27,358 nt of DNA. Source: a virus (Duplodnaviria; Caudoviricetes). The notes under the pieces were generated by a model. That model was not told where the DNA came from and did no database searches. It worked only from the letters and a program-made list of their open reading frames with translations. The translations under genes and the position numbers were made by a program. The first letter of the stretch is position 1; each line of letters starts with the position of its first letter. Where the stretch lies: positions 1 through 27,358 of the IMG/VR virus record IMGVR_UViG_3300037424_001306. One strand, written 5' to 3'. Below are positions 1-8,800 of the stretch, piece by piece.

Positions 1-1
1 G

Positions 2-628
2 GCTAAAGTTGAAGGTCTGGATATTGACAAAGCCAAAGAAGCACTTGCTTTGTTAGAGAAAACAAAACAGAAAGATCTTTTGGAAGAAGGTAAATTAGAA
101 GAGTACGTTCAGGCTCAAGTACAAACTAAACAACGTGAAATTGAGTCAAAGTTTTCTACACAGTTAGAATTGGCACTACAAGAGAAGGACAAGATTGCTA
201 CTGTTGCTTCTAAATATGAAGGTCTTTTCAAAAATAAAATCATGGAGGATAATCTTCGCGAGGTTGCATTGAAATCTGGCTGTAAAGCTGATGCAGAAGT
301 TATTCGTGATATCGTTGTTCGTGGTAAACAAGTATTCGCACTTAATGCTGACGAGACAGGAATTGAAGCAAAGAATGCTGACGGCTCATTTAAGAAAAGT
401 AGGGATGGAGATAAAATTTTAACTCCAGAGGCATGGCTCGATGATCTTAAAAAAATCTGTCCTTATTACTTTCCTGAATCTGCAGGGACAGGAGCATCTG
501 GTGGTGGTACTGGTGGTACTGGTGGTAAAGGAGGAGATGATCTACAAGATCAAATTACTGCTGCTGCTGCATCTGGTAACTTTGAGCTATTTAAAAAGCT
601 TCGTAAAAAACAAGGTGCTAAATATTAA
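2..628 (+). CDS. Capsid scaffolding protein (5' truncated; true start upstream of the window)
   Basis: Frame is open from position 2 (AKVEGLDIDKAKEAL...), so the TTG at 50 is probably not the start. Coiled-coil N-part, LTPEAWLDDLKKICPYYFP motif, Gly-rich linker and basic C-terminal helix; lies directly before the capsid gene. Confidence 0.8.
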   Translation, partial: AKVEGLDIDKAKEALALLEKTKQKDLLEEGKLEEYVQAQVQTKQREIESKFSTQLELALQEKDKIATVASKYEGLFKNKIMEDNLREVALKSGCKADAEVIRDIVVRGKQVFALNADETGIEAKNADGSFKKSRDGDKILTPEAWLDDLKKICPYYFPESAGTGASGGGTGGTGGKGGDDLQDQITAAAASGNFELFKKLRKKQGAKY

Positions 629-658
629 TTAGCTTTCATATATAAGCGTTTGTTTTTG

Positions 659-698
659 TAGCCGATACTTTTCTCCGATAGTATCGGCTATTTTTTTT
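659..698 (+). terminator. Rho-independent terminator after the scaffold gene
   Basis: TAGCCGATACT (659-669) pairs with AGTATCGGCTA (680-690), an 11-bp stem followed by T8 (691-698). Confidence 0.8.
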
Positions 699-728
699 AA
701 ACTTTTTAACAATAGTTATCATTTTTAT

Positions 729-756
729 TTGACAATTATCATTAATTGTGTATTAT
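729..756 (+). promoter_or_regulatory. sigma70-type promoter for the major capsid gene
   Basis: Perfect TTGACA (729-734), 16-bp spacer, TATTAT (751-756); AT-rich upstream region; located just after a terminator. Confidence 0.6.
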
Positions 757-770
757 ATAATTACATAAAG

Positions 771-903
771 TATTTTTCAGGAGAAAAATATTTGTCCTTT
801 CACACCTTGGGGGTTGAGAGAAGTGTACGTATTAACTTTTTTTAATAAATAAGCCCCCAAGCAGTCAGAGAGACATAATTTGGGGCAACTAAATAGAAAG
901 GAG
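771..903 (+). promoter_or_regulatory. Structured 5' leader of capsid mRNA ending in the RBS
   Basis: Hairpin TATTTTTC-AGGA-GAAAAATA (771-790); CTTGGGGG (806-813) complementary to CCCCCAAG (854-861), which could alternatively pair with TTTGGGG (879-885); SD AAAGGAG at 897-903. Confidence 0.4.
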
Positions 904-911
904 TCCAAATT

Positions 912-2105
912 ATGGATAATTTATTTACCGCAGAAGGAATCAGTATCGTAGCAGCTGAGGCTCTTGCACATCTGCAAGACGCTCTCGTAATCAACACACT
1001 TTGCGCAACTGATGTTAGCGCAGAGTATAACATTAAGCCAAACGGATATGCCGTTGGTGATACCATCAATTTCAAAATAGATCCAGTATATGAAGCTAAG
1101 AGCTTTGACCCTGCAGTTGGTGTAGTTGCACAGCCAATCCGTAGCTCAAACCGTAGCATGACTATCGAAGATCATCTTGATATCACTACAAATGTTTCTG
1201 CTAGAGACAAAGCCCTTAATTTCGAAGGTTTTGCAGCAGAAGTAATTCGTCCAGCATCTTATGCACTTGCAGAGAAAATTGACAAGTACATGGCTACCAA
1301 AATCTTGCAAGGTATGGGTCTTTATGTTTCAAGCGACCTGTTTGGTGCAACTTCTGGTAGTGGTAATAAGGATCTAGCTCAAGCACGTAAAGTTGCTCTC
1401 ATGCAGCAACTTGGAATGGATAAGTTTTGTCTTATGAATCCAGAACTGGAAGCAACTCTTCTTGGTCAGGATTGGTTCACTGGTGCAGCTAACCGTGGCG
1501 ATGACAGAATTCTTCGTTCAGGAGAAATGGGACACACAATGGGTCTTGACTTCTTCTCTACTGTAAACTGGGCAGAAACTTCTCATGTATCTTCTTCTGG
1601 TGTCGCTGTTCTTGCAGACGCAGCAGAAACTGCATCAGCCAAAGTTAATATGATTGGTCAAAAAGGTATCGTTTGTGATGAGATCACTGCAGCTTTCAAA
1701 GCTGGTGATCGTATCCAGGTTGCTGGTGCAAAACGTCCTATGGTCGTTGCTGCTGACGTAGCTATTGCCATTACAAGTGCAGAAATCGCACTCCGTACAA
1801 TCCCTGTTGTAGATCCTATTACAGAAATCCTACAAGCAGACGCAGCAGTTACTGTTGTTGGCTCTGGCCTAACTCTTGATTTCCAAGGTGCTATCTTTGA
1901 TGGCAAGTCTCTTGGTATGGCTATGCCCATTTTGGACGCTCCAGAAACTGGTCTTTCATCTGTAGTTTCAAACAATGGAATATCAATTCGTGTTGTTGCT
2001 GATTATGATTCAAAATTCAAAATTTCTCAACTATCAATGGATTGTTTGATTGGTGGCTTTGCTCTTGATCCACGTAGAATTACTCTGCTTGCACAAGGCG
2101 AATGA
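912..2105 (+). CDS. Major capsid protein, P22 gp5 coat-like (HK97 fold)
   Basis: N-terminal IVAAEALAHLQDALV...EY...VGDTINFK pattern typical of P22-coat-like capsids; C-terminal DCLIGGFALDP; 397 aa; strong SD; follows the scaffold. Confidence 0.88.
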   Translation: MDNLFTAEGISIVAAEALAHLQDALVINTLCATDVSAEYNIKPNGYAVGDTINFKIDPVYEAKSFDPAVGVVAQPIRSSNRSMTIEDHLDITTNVSARDKALNFEGFAAEVIRPASYALAEKIDKYMATKILQGMGLYVSSDLFGATSGSGNKDLAQARKVALMQQLGMDKFCLMNPELEATLLGQDWFTGAANRGDDRILRSGEMGHTMGLDFFSTVNWAETSHVSSSGVAVLADAAETASAKVNMIGQKGIVCDEITAAFKAGDRIQVAGAKRPMVVAADVAIAITSAEIALRTIPVVDPITEILQADAAVTVVGSGLTLDFQGAIFDGKSLGMAMPILDAPETGLSSVVSNNGISIRVVADYDSKFKISQLSMDCLIGGFALDPRRITLLAQGE

Positions 2106-2123
2106 TAGAAGTTTGGTCTAAAA

Positions 2124-2153
2124 TAGTGGGCAGTCTTTCGAGACTGCCCACTA
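2124..2153 (+). terminator. Perfect hairpin after the capsid gene (attenuator or mRNA-stabilising stem)
   Basis: TAGTGGGCAGTCT-TTCG-AGACTGCCCACTA: 13-bp stem with a UUCG loop; no U-tract on the + strand. Confidence 0.55.
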
Positions 2154-2172
2154 AATGAATGGAGGAAATTCT

Positions 2173-2427
2173 ATGTTATTACACGAAAGATATAATAAGG
2201 CTGGTAAAAGAGTCCTTGTTGAAAGAAAGGAGCTTGAATTGCTTGAGGCTGCAGGTTATGACCTCAAGGAAATGCCAGAAGGGATAGTAATTGAAGAAAA
2301 GGTTGTAGTTGAACCTGTTGTAAAAGAAGTCGTTGAGCCTGAAATTGTAATTAAAGAAGAAAACACATCAACGAAAAGAGGCAGAAAGCCTAAACAAGTT
2401 GATGCTGAAAAAGATATAATACTTTAA
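2173..2427 (+). CDS. Small Glu/Val/Lys-rich protein after the capsid gene (hypothetical)
   Basis: GGAGG at 2161-2165 favours ATG 2173 over 2155. Low-complexity VVVEPVVKEVVEPE segment and a KRGRKPK basic motif. Confidence 0.7.
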   Translation: MLLHERYNKAGKRVLVERKELELLEAAGYDLKEMPEGIVIEEKVVVEPVVKEVVEPEIVIKEENTSTKRGRKPKQVDAEKDIIL

Positions 2428-2441
2428 AAAGAGGTTAGGTA

Positions 2442-2948
2442 ATGGCATTAGATACGGATATAAATAGCTCGGTAATGAACTCATATGTAACAGCACAGGA
2501 AGCCAATACATACTTCGCTAATAGAGGTCACGGTGAGACATGGGAAGATATTGAAAATCCTGATGCATTCCTAATAAGTGCAACCAATCAAATTGATTGG
2601 TTTATGAATTTTTTAGGGTCTAAGGTAAGATCTGAGCAGCCATTGGAATGGCCTAGAACAGACTGCTACGACTCTAAGAATCAAGCATACGTTCCAATTG
2701 ACGTAATACCTACAAAGGTAAAGCATGCTGTATTGGAATTAGCAATAGTTTCACTGGATGAAGATAGACTAGCAGATTCAGATATGGCTGGTCTTCAAGA
2801 AGTAAAAGTTGGTAGCTTAAAAGTTGTTTCTAACTTGGTTGGGCCTTGGCAAGAAACTAAAAAACCAATTCCACCAGTAGTTTACAGAATATTGTCTGGA
2901 ATTATTACCAACTCATCATCTATGTTTAGAAGAACAGCTAGGACTTAA
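2442..2948 (+). CDS. Head-tail adaptor (family often annotated DnaT-like ssDNA-binding)
   Basis: NSYVT..EA..YF..R...W, LISAT..ID, G.K....Q.LEWPR and IP..VK.A..ELA motifs; neck position. Confidence 0.8.
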   Translation: MALDTDINSSVMNSYVTAQEANTYFANRGHGETWEDIENPDAFLISATNQIDWFMNFLGSKVRSEQPLEWPRTDCYDSKNQAYVPIDVIPTKVKHAVLELAIVSLDEDRLADSDMAGLQEVKVGSLKVVSNLVGPWQETKKPIPPVVYRILSGIITNSSSMFRRTART

Positions 2949-2949
2949 T

Positions 2950-3294
2950 ATGTCTATATTTCACAAAGCTGCAAAGACAGCATTTAGAGTAGCAAAAAGA
3001 TTAGGTCTTGTGCACAATGCAATATTTAAAAGTGTATATGACAATGGATTAGATGAGCCAATTATCAAGGAGATACCTGCAGAAGTTATAAAAGAAAGAT
3101 TCACGATTGATGATATACGTGGATTAATTTTCAGAGACAAAATACAACCAACAGATATAAAACTTTATGTCTTGGGGGCTAAAGTTTCAGATGTCGATAC
3201 TGATGATATTTTTATAATAGATAACATTGAATACACAGTATTTGGTTGTGAGATCGATGCTGCAAAAGCAATGTGGGTAGTAGGTGTAAGGTAA
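2950..3294 (+). CDS. Putative head-closure (head-tail joining) protein
   Basis: 114 aa, beta-rich C-half (IQPTDIKLYV...DIFIIDNIEYTV); lies between the adaptor and the gp10-like gene. Confidence 0.6.
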   Translation: MSIFHKAAKTAFRVAKRLGLVHNAIFKSVYDNGLDEPIIKEIPAEVIKERFTIDDIRGLIFRDKIQPTDIKLYVLGAKVSDVDTDDIFIIDNIEYTVFGCEIDAAKAMWVVGVR

Positions 3295-3704
3295 TGCTTA
3301 TTAATGAGCTTATACAGTACATCATATCATCAAGCAATAAGGCAGATGTAAACATAGCTTCAACATTTGGTGATTTTTTAAAAGACTTTGAGAGTCAATT
3401 AAAAGAAAAAGCTCCGGTTGATACTGGAGAATTTAAAGAGTCTTGGACCTCTACTGAAATAAGCGGAAGTGGTACTTTAAGAGCAAACATAACGAATAAT
3501 CATGTTGCTTCTGGAGCTATAGAATTCGGTTCTGCCCCTGGGTCAAGTCCTTGGCCTAGTCCTGGGCCAAAGACAGTTATGAGTAGTGGTAGAATCTTTT
3601 CTAGCCAAGCAGTTGGTGGAACGATAAATAAAGTATTTAATGATACTAATGTGAAAATATTTGCAGAAAAAATTGCAAACTCAATTATGAGGGCTTTTAA
3701 ATAA
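3294..3704 (+). CDS. HK97 gp10-like neck/tail-completion protein
   Basis: APVDTGEFKESW and IEFGS motifs. Start is probably the ATG overlapping the upstream TAA (TAATG at 3292-3296) rather than 3273. Confidence 0.75.
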   Translation: MLINELIQYIISSSNKADVNIASTFGDFLKDFESQLKEKAPVDTGEFKESWTSTEISGSGTLRANITNNHVASGAIEFGSAPGSSPWPSPGPKTVMSSGRIFSSQAVGGTINKVFNDTNVKIFAEKIANSIMRAFK

Positions 3705-4174
3705 TGGAAGATTTTAGAACAGATGCTTTGTTAGAAATAAAAAGCAGAATCCTTAGAGATAGAACTATTCTAGGAATAGAATCATTCATGTGGAATAATA
3801 ATGGTCCTATTAGCAAAACAACAGTACCAACAATTTATATGTTTGAAGGAAGAGACGTTATTGAAAAATATAACCAAGGTTCACCGTTGGGTTATCCTGC
3901 ACGCAGACACCTTGAGATAAATATAGAAATTGTCGCTAAAAATGATCGTGAGGCAGCAGGAGTAAAAGCTCTGCTACAAAAAGTCAAACGAACAATTTTT
4001 TGTGACAGAACTGGAGATGGAGAAGATATAAAATGGACTCCTAATGCAGTTGTAGCAAAGAACTCTTTTATAAGAGAACTAAGAATAAAAGGTCCAGGAA
4101 CTTACGAAGTTCCAGAGCTTGTAGGAATAAAGCTTGTTATAGGGCTTTGGTATACAGATAATGGATTTTTGTAA
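3704..4174 (+). CDS. Putative tail terminator protein
   Basis: 156 aa immediately before the tube gene; PTIYMFEG motif; TAATG coupling to the upstream gene. Confidence 0.6.
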   Translation: MEDFRTDALLEIKSRILRDRTILGIESFMWNNNGPISKTTVPTIYMFEGRDVIEKYNQGSPLGYPARRHLEINIEIVAKNDREAAGVKALLQKVKRTIFCDRTGDGEDIKWTPNAVVAKNSFIRELRIKGPGTYEVPELVGIKLVIGLWYTDNGFL

Positions 4175-4199
4175 ATAAAAATATAGTAAGGAGATAGTT

Positions 4200-4973
4200 A
4201 TGGGATCTAGTCCAGACAATTATACCTTGGGAAAAGGTATTGTAAGTTTTAACAAAAAAGTAAACGACGTATTCACAGGAGAGTTAGATCTTGGAAACTG
4301 TCCTGAGTTTGCATTCAACGTATCAATTGAAAAACTTGAGCATTATAGTTCAAGGGGTGGTCTTCGTGCGAAAGATAAGGAAGTAATTTCTCAGGTTTCT
4401 CCAGGTGTTTCTTTTACACTTGACGAAATTTCTCCAGAAAATCTTGCTCTCTTAACTCTTGCCGATATTGAGGAAGTTACTCAAGATGCTGCTACAGTAG
4501 TTGATGAACAACCAGGGCCAGCATATGCAGGTAAAATGCTTGCTCTTGCCAATCGTAACATTACCGCTGTTGGTGTTGTTGTAACCACTAATGCTGATAT
4601 TGAATTGGTAGAAGGTACTGATTGGGCAATCGACCCTACATTGAAAGATGCACAAATTGGTCGTATTCGTATCCTTGATACATACACTGGCGTAGCTGGT
4701 GACATGGTTAAGGTTTCTTATACTGCTATAGAAACAACTTATACATTGCTTAAAGCACTTGCTCAAACATCAATCGAAGGATTTATGAGATTCGTCTCAG
4801 ATAATCCTGTTGGTAATCAGCAAGAACTTCAGATATGGAGAGTTTCTTTGACTCCTTCTGGTGATACTGCAATGATTGGTGATGATTGGTCAACTCTTGC
4901 CTTTACTGGCGAGATCTTGAAAGATGAAGCAGGTCATCCTACTTCTCCATATTTCAACATCATTATGAGCTAA
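4200..4973 (+). CDS. Major tail tube protein
   Basis: YTLGKG...LGNCPEFAFNV..EKLEHYSSRGGLR..D and LTPSGD..IGDDW..L.FTGEIL motifs of siphovirus tube proteins; SD AAGGAG; precedes the chaperones and tape measure gene. Confidence 0.85.
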   Translation: MGSSPDNYTLGKGIVSFNKKVNDVFTGELDLGNCPEFAFNVSIEKLEHYSSRGGLRAKDKEVISQVSPGVSFTLDEISPENLALLTLADIEEVTQDAATVVDEQPGPAYAGKMLALANRNITAVGVVVTTNADIELVEGTDWAIDPTLKDAQIGRIRILDTYTGVAGDMVKVSYTAIETTYTLLKALAQTSIEGFMRFVSDNPVGNQQELQIWRVSLTPSGDTAMIGDDWSTLAFTGEILKDEAGHPTSPYFNIIMS

Positions 4974-4989
4974 GTATCGGTGATGTTTT

Positions 4990-5053
4990 AGTCTCCAGTT
5001 ATTGGTAGACTCCATTAAAGGCCGATCATCTTTGTGGTGTATCGGCCTTTAAT
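4990..5053 (+). terminator. Tandem hairpins after the tube gene (attenuator or stabiliser)
   Basis: AGTCT(4990)...AGACT(5011) hairpin, then ATTAAAGGCCGAT (5014-5026) pairing with ATCGGCCTTTAAT (5041-5053), followed by T-rich sequence. Confidence 0.6.
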
Positions 5054-5075
5054 TTAATTTAAATCGGAGGTAGTT

Positions 5076-5507
5076 ATGAGCGAAAAAATTAGTTTTGATG
5101 TTGACTGGGATGCTTTGTTTCCAGGAAAGCCTTTTACAGTAGGAAATAAAACACATAATATTACGCCACTTAATATTGAAGGAATTGCAAGAATATCAAA
5201 AAAAATAAAAGTTATTTTACCAATAGTTCAGGCAGAAGGAATTACTTGGGGCAATATTAATGACGTAGAAATGATAGTTAAATTAATTCCGATTTTGATG
5301 GATAATACTCCTGAGATTGTGTCAGAAGCAACAAAAATAGAATTAGAATCATTAATTAAATTTCCACCATCATATCTATTAGAAATAGTTACAATCGCTG
5401 TACAGGTAAATTTAGAATCTAAAGAGGCACTAGAAAAAAACTTCGAGAGTTTGGTCAAGATATTCCAAAGTCTTCCAGAAATGAAGACTCAAGGGGTGGA
5501 GAACTAG
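5076..5507 (+). CDS. Tail assembly chaperone (lambda gpG analogue)
   Basis: Lies between tube and tape measure genes; SD GGAGG; contains a slippery heptamer near its 3' end. Confidence 0.85.
   Translation: MSEKISFDVDWDALFPGKPFTVGNKTHNITPLNIEGIARISKKIKVILPIVQAEGITWGNINDVEMIVKLIPILMDNTPEIVSEATKIELESLIKFPPSYLLEIVTIAVQVNLESKEALEKNFESLVKIFQSLPEMKTQGVEN
5435..5441 (+). promoter_or_regulatory. -1 programmed ribosomal frameshift site A AAA AAC
   Basis: X XXY YYZ heptamer correctly phased (GAA AAA AAC = E-K-N); the -1 frame is stop-free from 5441 to 5797. Confidence 0.85.
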
Positions 5508-5797
5508 GATTAATAATCCAAGATCTTGTGTCTAATGGACATTCCTGGTCAAACGTTAAAACTTATACATTATCAGAAATAGGTGTTTTCATTAGAAGTA
5601 TTTACACAAAAAGAGAATCAGAGAGAATAGAAAAATTTTCACTCGATTGGATGTCTTCTAATTTAACTCATGAAGGTATGGAAAAAGTAGTAACAAGTAT
5701 GAAGAAGGTTTCTATAACCCAAAAGAAAGAAATAAAAACAAAAGAAGATGTGGCGAAAGAATGGATGAGATTAGCGGCATTTCAACAGAAGAGGTAA
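5441..5797 (+). CDS. Frameshifted C-terminal extension of the chaperone (gpGT analogue; about 240-aa fusion from 5076)
   Basis: The -1 frame reads LREFGQDIPKSSRNEDSRGGELGLIIQDLVSNGHSWSNVKTYTLSEIGVF...; the GTG at 5528 lacks a well-placed SD. Confidence 0.8.
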   Translation, partial: LREFGQDIPKSSRNEDSRGGELGLIIQDLVSNGHSWSNVKTYTLSEIGVFIRSIYTKRESERIEKFSLDWMSSNLTHEGMEKVVTSMKKVSITQKKEIKTKEDVAKEWMRLAAFQQKR

Positions 5798-5800
5798 GGT

Positions 5801-8800
5801 ATGGCAGGAGATATAAGTAAGTCAATAAATATTGCTATTAATGTGATTAATGGTGTAAGCAATCAGGTTGGCTCCATAGTTGCTTCTTTTGGAAAAATAA
5901 CAGAAAGCGTAAACAAATCTACAAAAGCTGTAGAAAATCTGAACAACCAACTTAACAATTTAAATTTAAAACCATTCACTACCAATACAAGAGCAGCAAA
6001 TAAACAGGTTGGAGCATTAGGAAAATCTTCTCAGAAAACTGAAGCATCATTCTCACAATGGGGATATGCACTAGGTTCTGCATCTACTGGTTTATCAAAA
6101 TTCGGTACTCAAATATACGGTGTTACTAGAGGTTTCTCTGCGGTAAGTAAAGAGATGGGTCTAGCAATGGCAGCATTTACAACTTCATTTGCAACACTAT
6201 TTGCATTAAAAGGTGTTATAAAAGATATAGTAGAATTTGACGATGCAATTCGTTCTGCTGGTGCGGTTGCTCAAGCATCTAGTACACAATTAACTCAACT
6301 ATCTGATGCTGCTAGAGCAATGGGTGAATCTACAAGATACACTGCAAAGGATGCTGCAGAAGCATTAAAAGCTCTGGCAATGACAGGTCTTGATGTTAAT
6401 GAATCAATTGCTACTTTACCAACGGTTCTTAATCTTGCTGCTGCTGCAAATATGGACCTTGGTGAAAGTGCAGATATTGTTACAAATATAATGGTTGGTT
6501 ATGGAAAAACTGTTGCCGATCTTCCACATATTGCAGATTTAATGACTGCATCATTTACCAATTCTAACACTTCTCTACAGGAACTTGGTGTTGCATTAAA
6601 GTATGTCGGTCCAGTTGCTAACGCAGCAGGTCAATCTATAGAGGAAACAACAGGCATACTGTCTAGTTTAGCAAATGCAGGGTATAGAGGTAGCAAAGCT
6701 GGAACAACGCTTAGAACAGCATTTGCGAGACTATTATCACCTACTAATAAAATGAGTAAGGCTTTAGATCATTATGGAATATCTATGAATGATCTAGTAA
6801 ATGAAAATGGAACTCTTAAATCATTTACAACTATACTTGACCTTATGGGTAAAAAGAGTATTACCGCTGGAGATGCACTTACTATTTTTGGTAAACGTGC
6901 TGGTCCTGGTATGCTTGCTCTTATTGGTCAAGGAACTCCTGCGCTAGAAGAAATGAACCGCAAGATTGCAGAATCAGAAGGTGTTGCTCTTAAAGTTGCA
7001 TATGAAATGGAGGCTGGTCTTGGTGGTGCTCTTAGAAAATTGAAATCAATGTGGGAAGAAGTTTCTATTGCAGTTGGTAAAACAATTGAACAGGATGTAC
7101 AGGGATTTTTAGAAGCATTGACTAAATCTTTAAAAGAAAATAAAGATCAAATTATAGCTGTAACATCTGTAATGTTTAAATTTGTAGGAGTTATTGCAAA
7201 AGTAGTTGGATGGCTTGCACAATTTATATTGAAACATATTAAAGTAATTAGTGCTATGGCTGCTATTACCGCATCTATGAAACTATTAACTATGACATCT
7301 AAACAGTTTATGGCAATTGGAATAGTTAATTATTTTGTTAAATTATACGGATCAATAAAATGGTCTGGAATAGCTTTTGGCATAGCTGGTATTGCTAATT
7401 CATTAAATACATATTCTGGTGCTGCAAAAACAGCAACAAACATAAATGCTACTCTTGCATTACAAGGCTTGGCATCAACTCCATATGCGGCAATAAAAGT
7501 TGGATTGTATAATATTGCAAGTGGTCTTGTTTCTGTTGCTGTTGCTGCTGCCAAGGCTGCTATAGCTTTCATGACAGCAAATCCTGTTATACTTGGTTTG
7601 ACAGTTGCAATAGGTGGGTTACTTGCATTAACAAAACTTCTTGATAATGATTATGAAGGTGTTGCTAAAAGTGCAACAAAAATGGCTACTGCTGCAAAAG
7701 AAGTTAATCGTGAATTAGAATATCAATTGGTAGAACTAAAATTAGTAGATAAAGAATTTAAAAGAGATGGTGCTACAAAGTTTGGTGATGCAGAAGAAAG
7801 ACTTCGTGATGTTATTAGAAAATCTAATCTTTCAATTGAAGATAAAGTAAAATATTTAAAAAAATCTAGAGAAGGTACTGATTCTACAAAAGAGGCAATA
7901 TCAGAATTAATAGAAAAAATAGAAGCAGAAAAAAAAGCAAATGATGATAAACAAATTTCAAAAACAACTGAGGCAAGACTTGCTCAAGCTAAAGCTGTTG
8001 AAGAACAAGCAAAAAAATTAGAATATTTCTATGGTGTACAAGTAGATGGAAAAACACGTTTAAATAAAGTTGAAAAGGCTTCTGCAGAATTAGATAAATT
8101 AAATATTAATCAAAAAGCTATTCTTTGGATAAAGAAAAAATTAGGATATCTTAAAGATGAACTAGATAAATATGATGAACTAGAAGCTCAACAAAAAATA
8201 ATAGGTAGTAATTATGGTGTAATGACTGCCCAAATGATTACTTCCAAAAAAACTGCAGAAGAGTTTAAAGAAGCAGTAGTTGCATCTGGAGCAGCTTCCG
8301 AGGATGTTGATAGTCTTACCGCTGCATACGTTAAATTACAAACACAAGCAGAAGCAAACAAAGAAGTAATGGATGATCTTATAAAACTTAGTGCATCTGC
8401 CATGGAAAAATTAGAAGATGAAGCAGTAAAAAAAATTGAGATATTCAAATCTGAAAATCAAGATAGAGAAGCTATAGCGAAACAAACTCTTTATAATTTG
8501 GCAGTACTTGAAGCACAGGGTGTTGTTGATCACGAAACTGCTGAGATGGCAAAACTCCAGGCTACTCTTACATCATCACAGGCTAGAGTTGATGCTGCGA
8601 AAGCAACGTATAATACCATAGATGAATTGGCTGTTGATGGTAGAGAAAAAGCAATGGAGCAAATAGTTGCTGCAGAAGAAGAGGCAGCAAATGTTAGATT
8701 GCAAATACTACAAAAAATAGCAGAAGCAGAAAAAGTAGCGAATGAAAAAATAGGATCTTTTAATAAAAAAAGAATAGATGAAAATTCTAGAAGTGAAACA

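Noticed and set aside
502-527. TGGTGGTAC microrepeat as a contingency locus
   Set aside because: The 9-bp unit preserves frame and simply encodes the Gly-rich scaffold linker.
705-750. Bona fide Fur box
   Set aside because: Only a partial match to GATAATGATAATCATTATC in very AT-rich DNA; not supportable without host data.
5528-5797. Independent 89-aa gene starting at GTG 5528
   Set aside because: Better explained as the -1 frameshift extension of the upstream chaperone.
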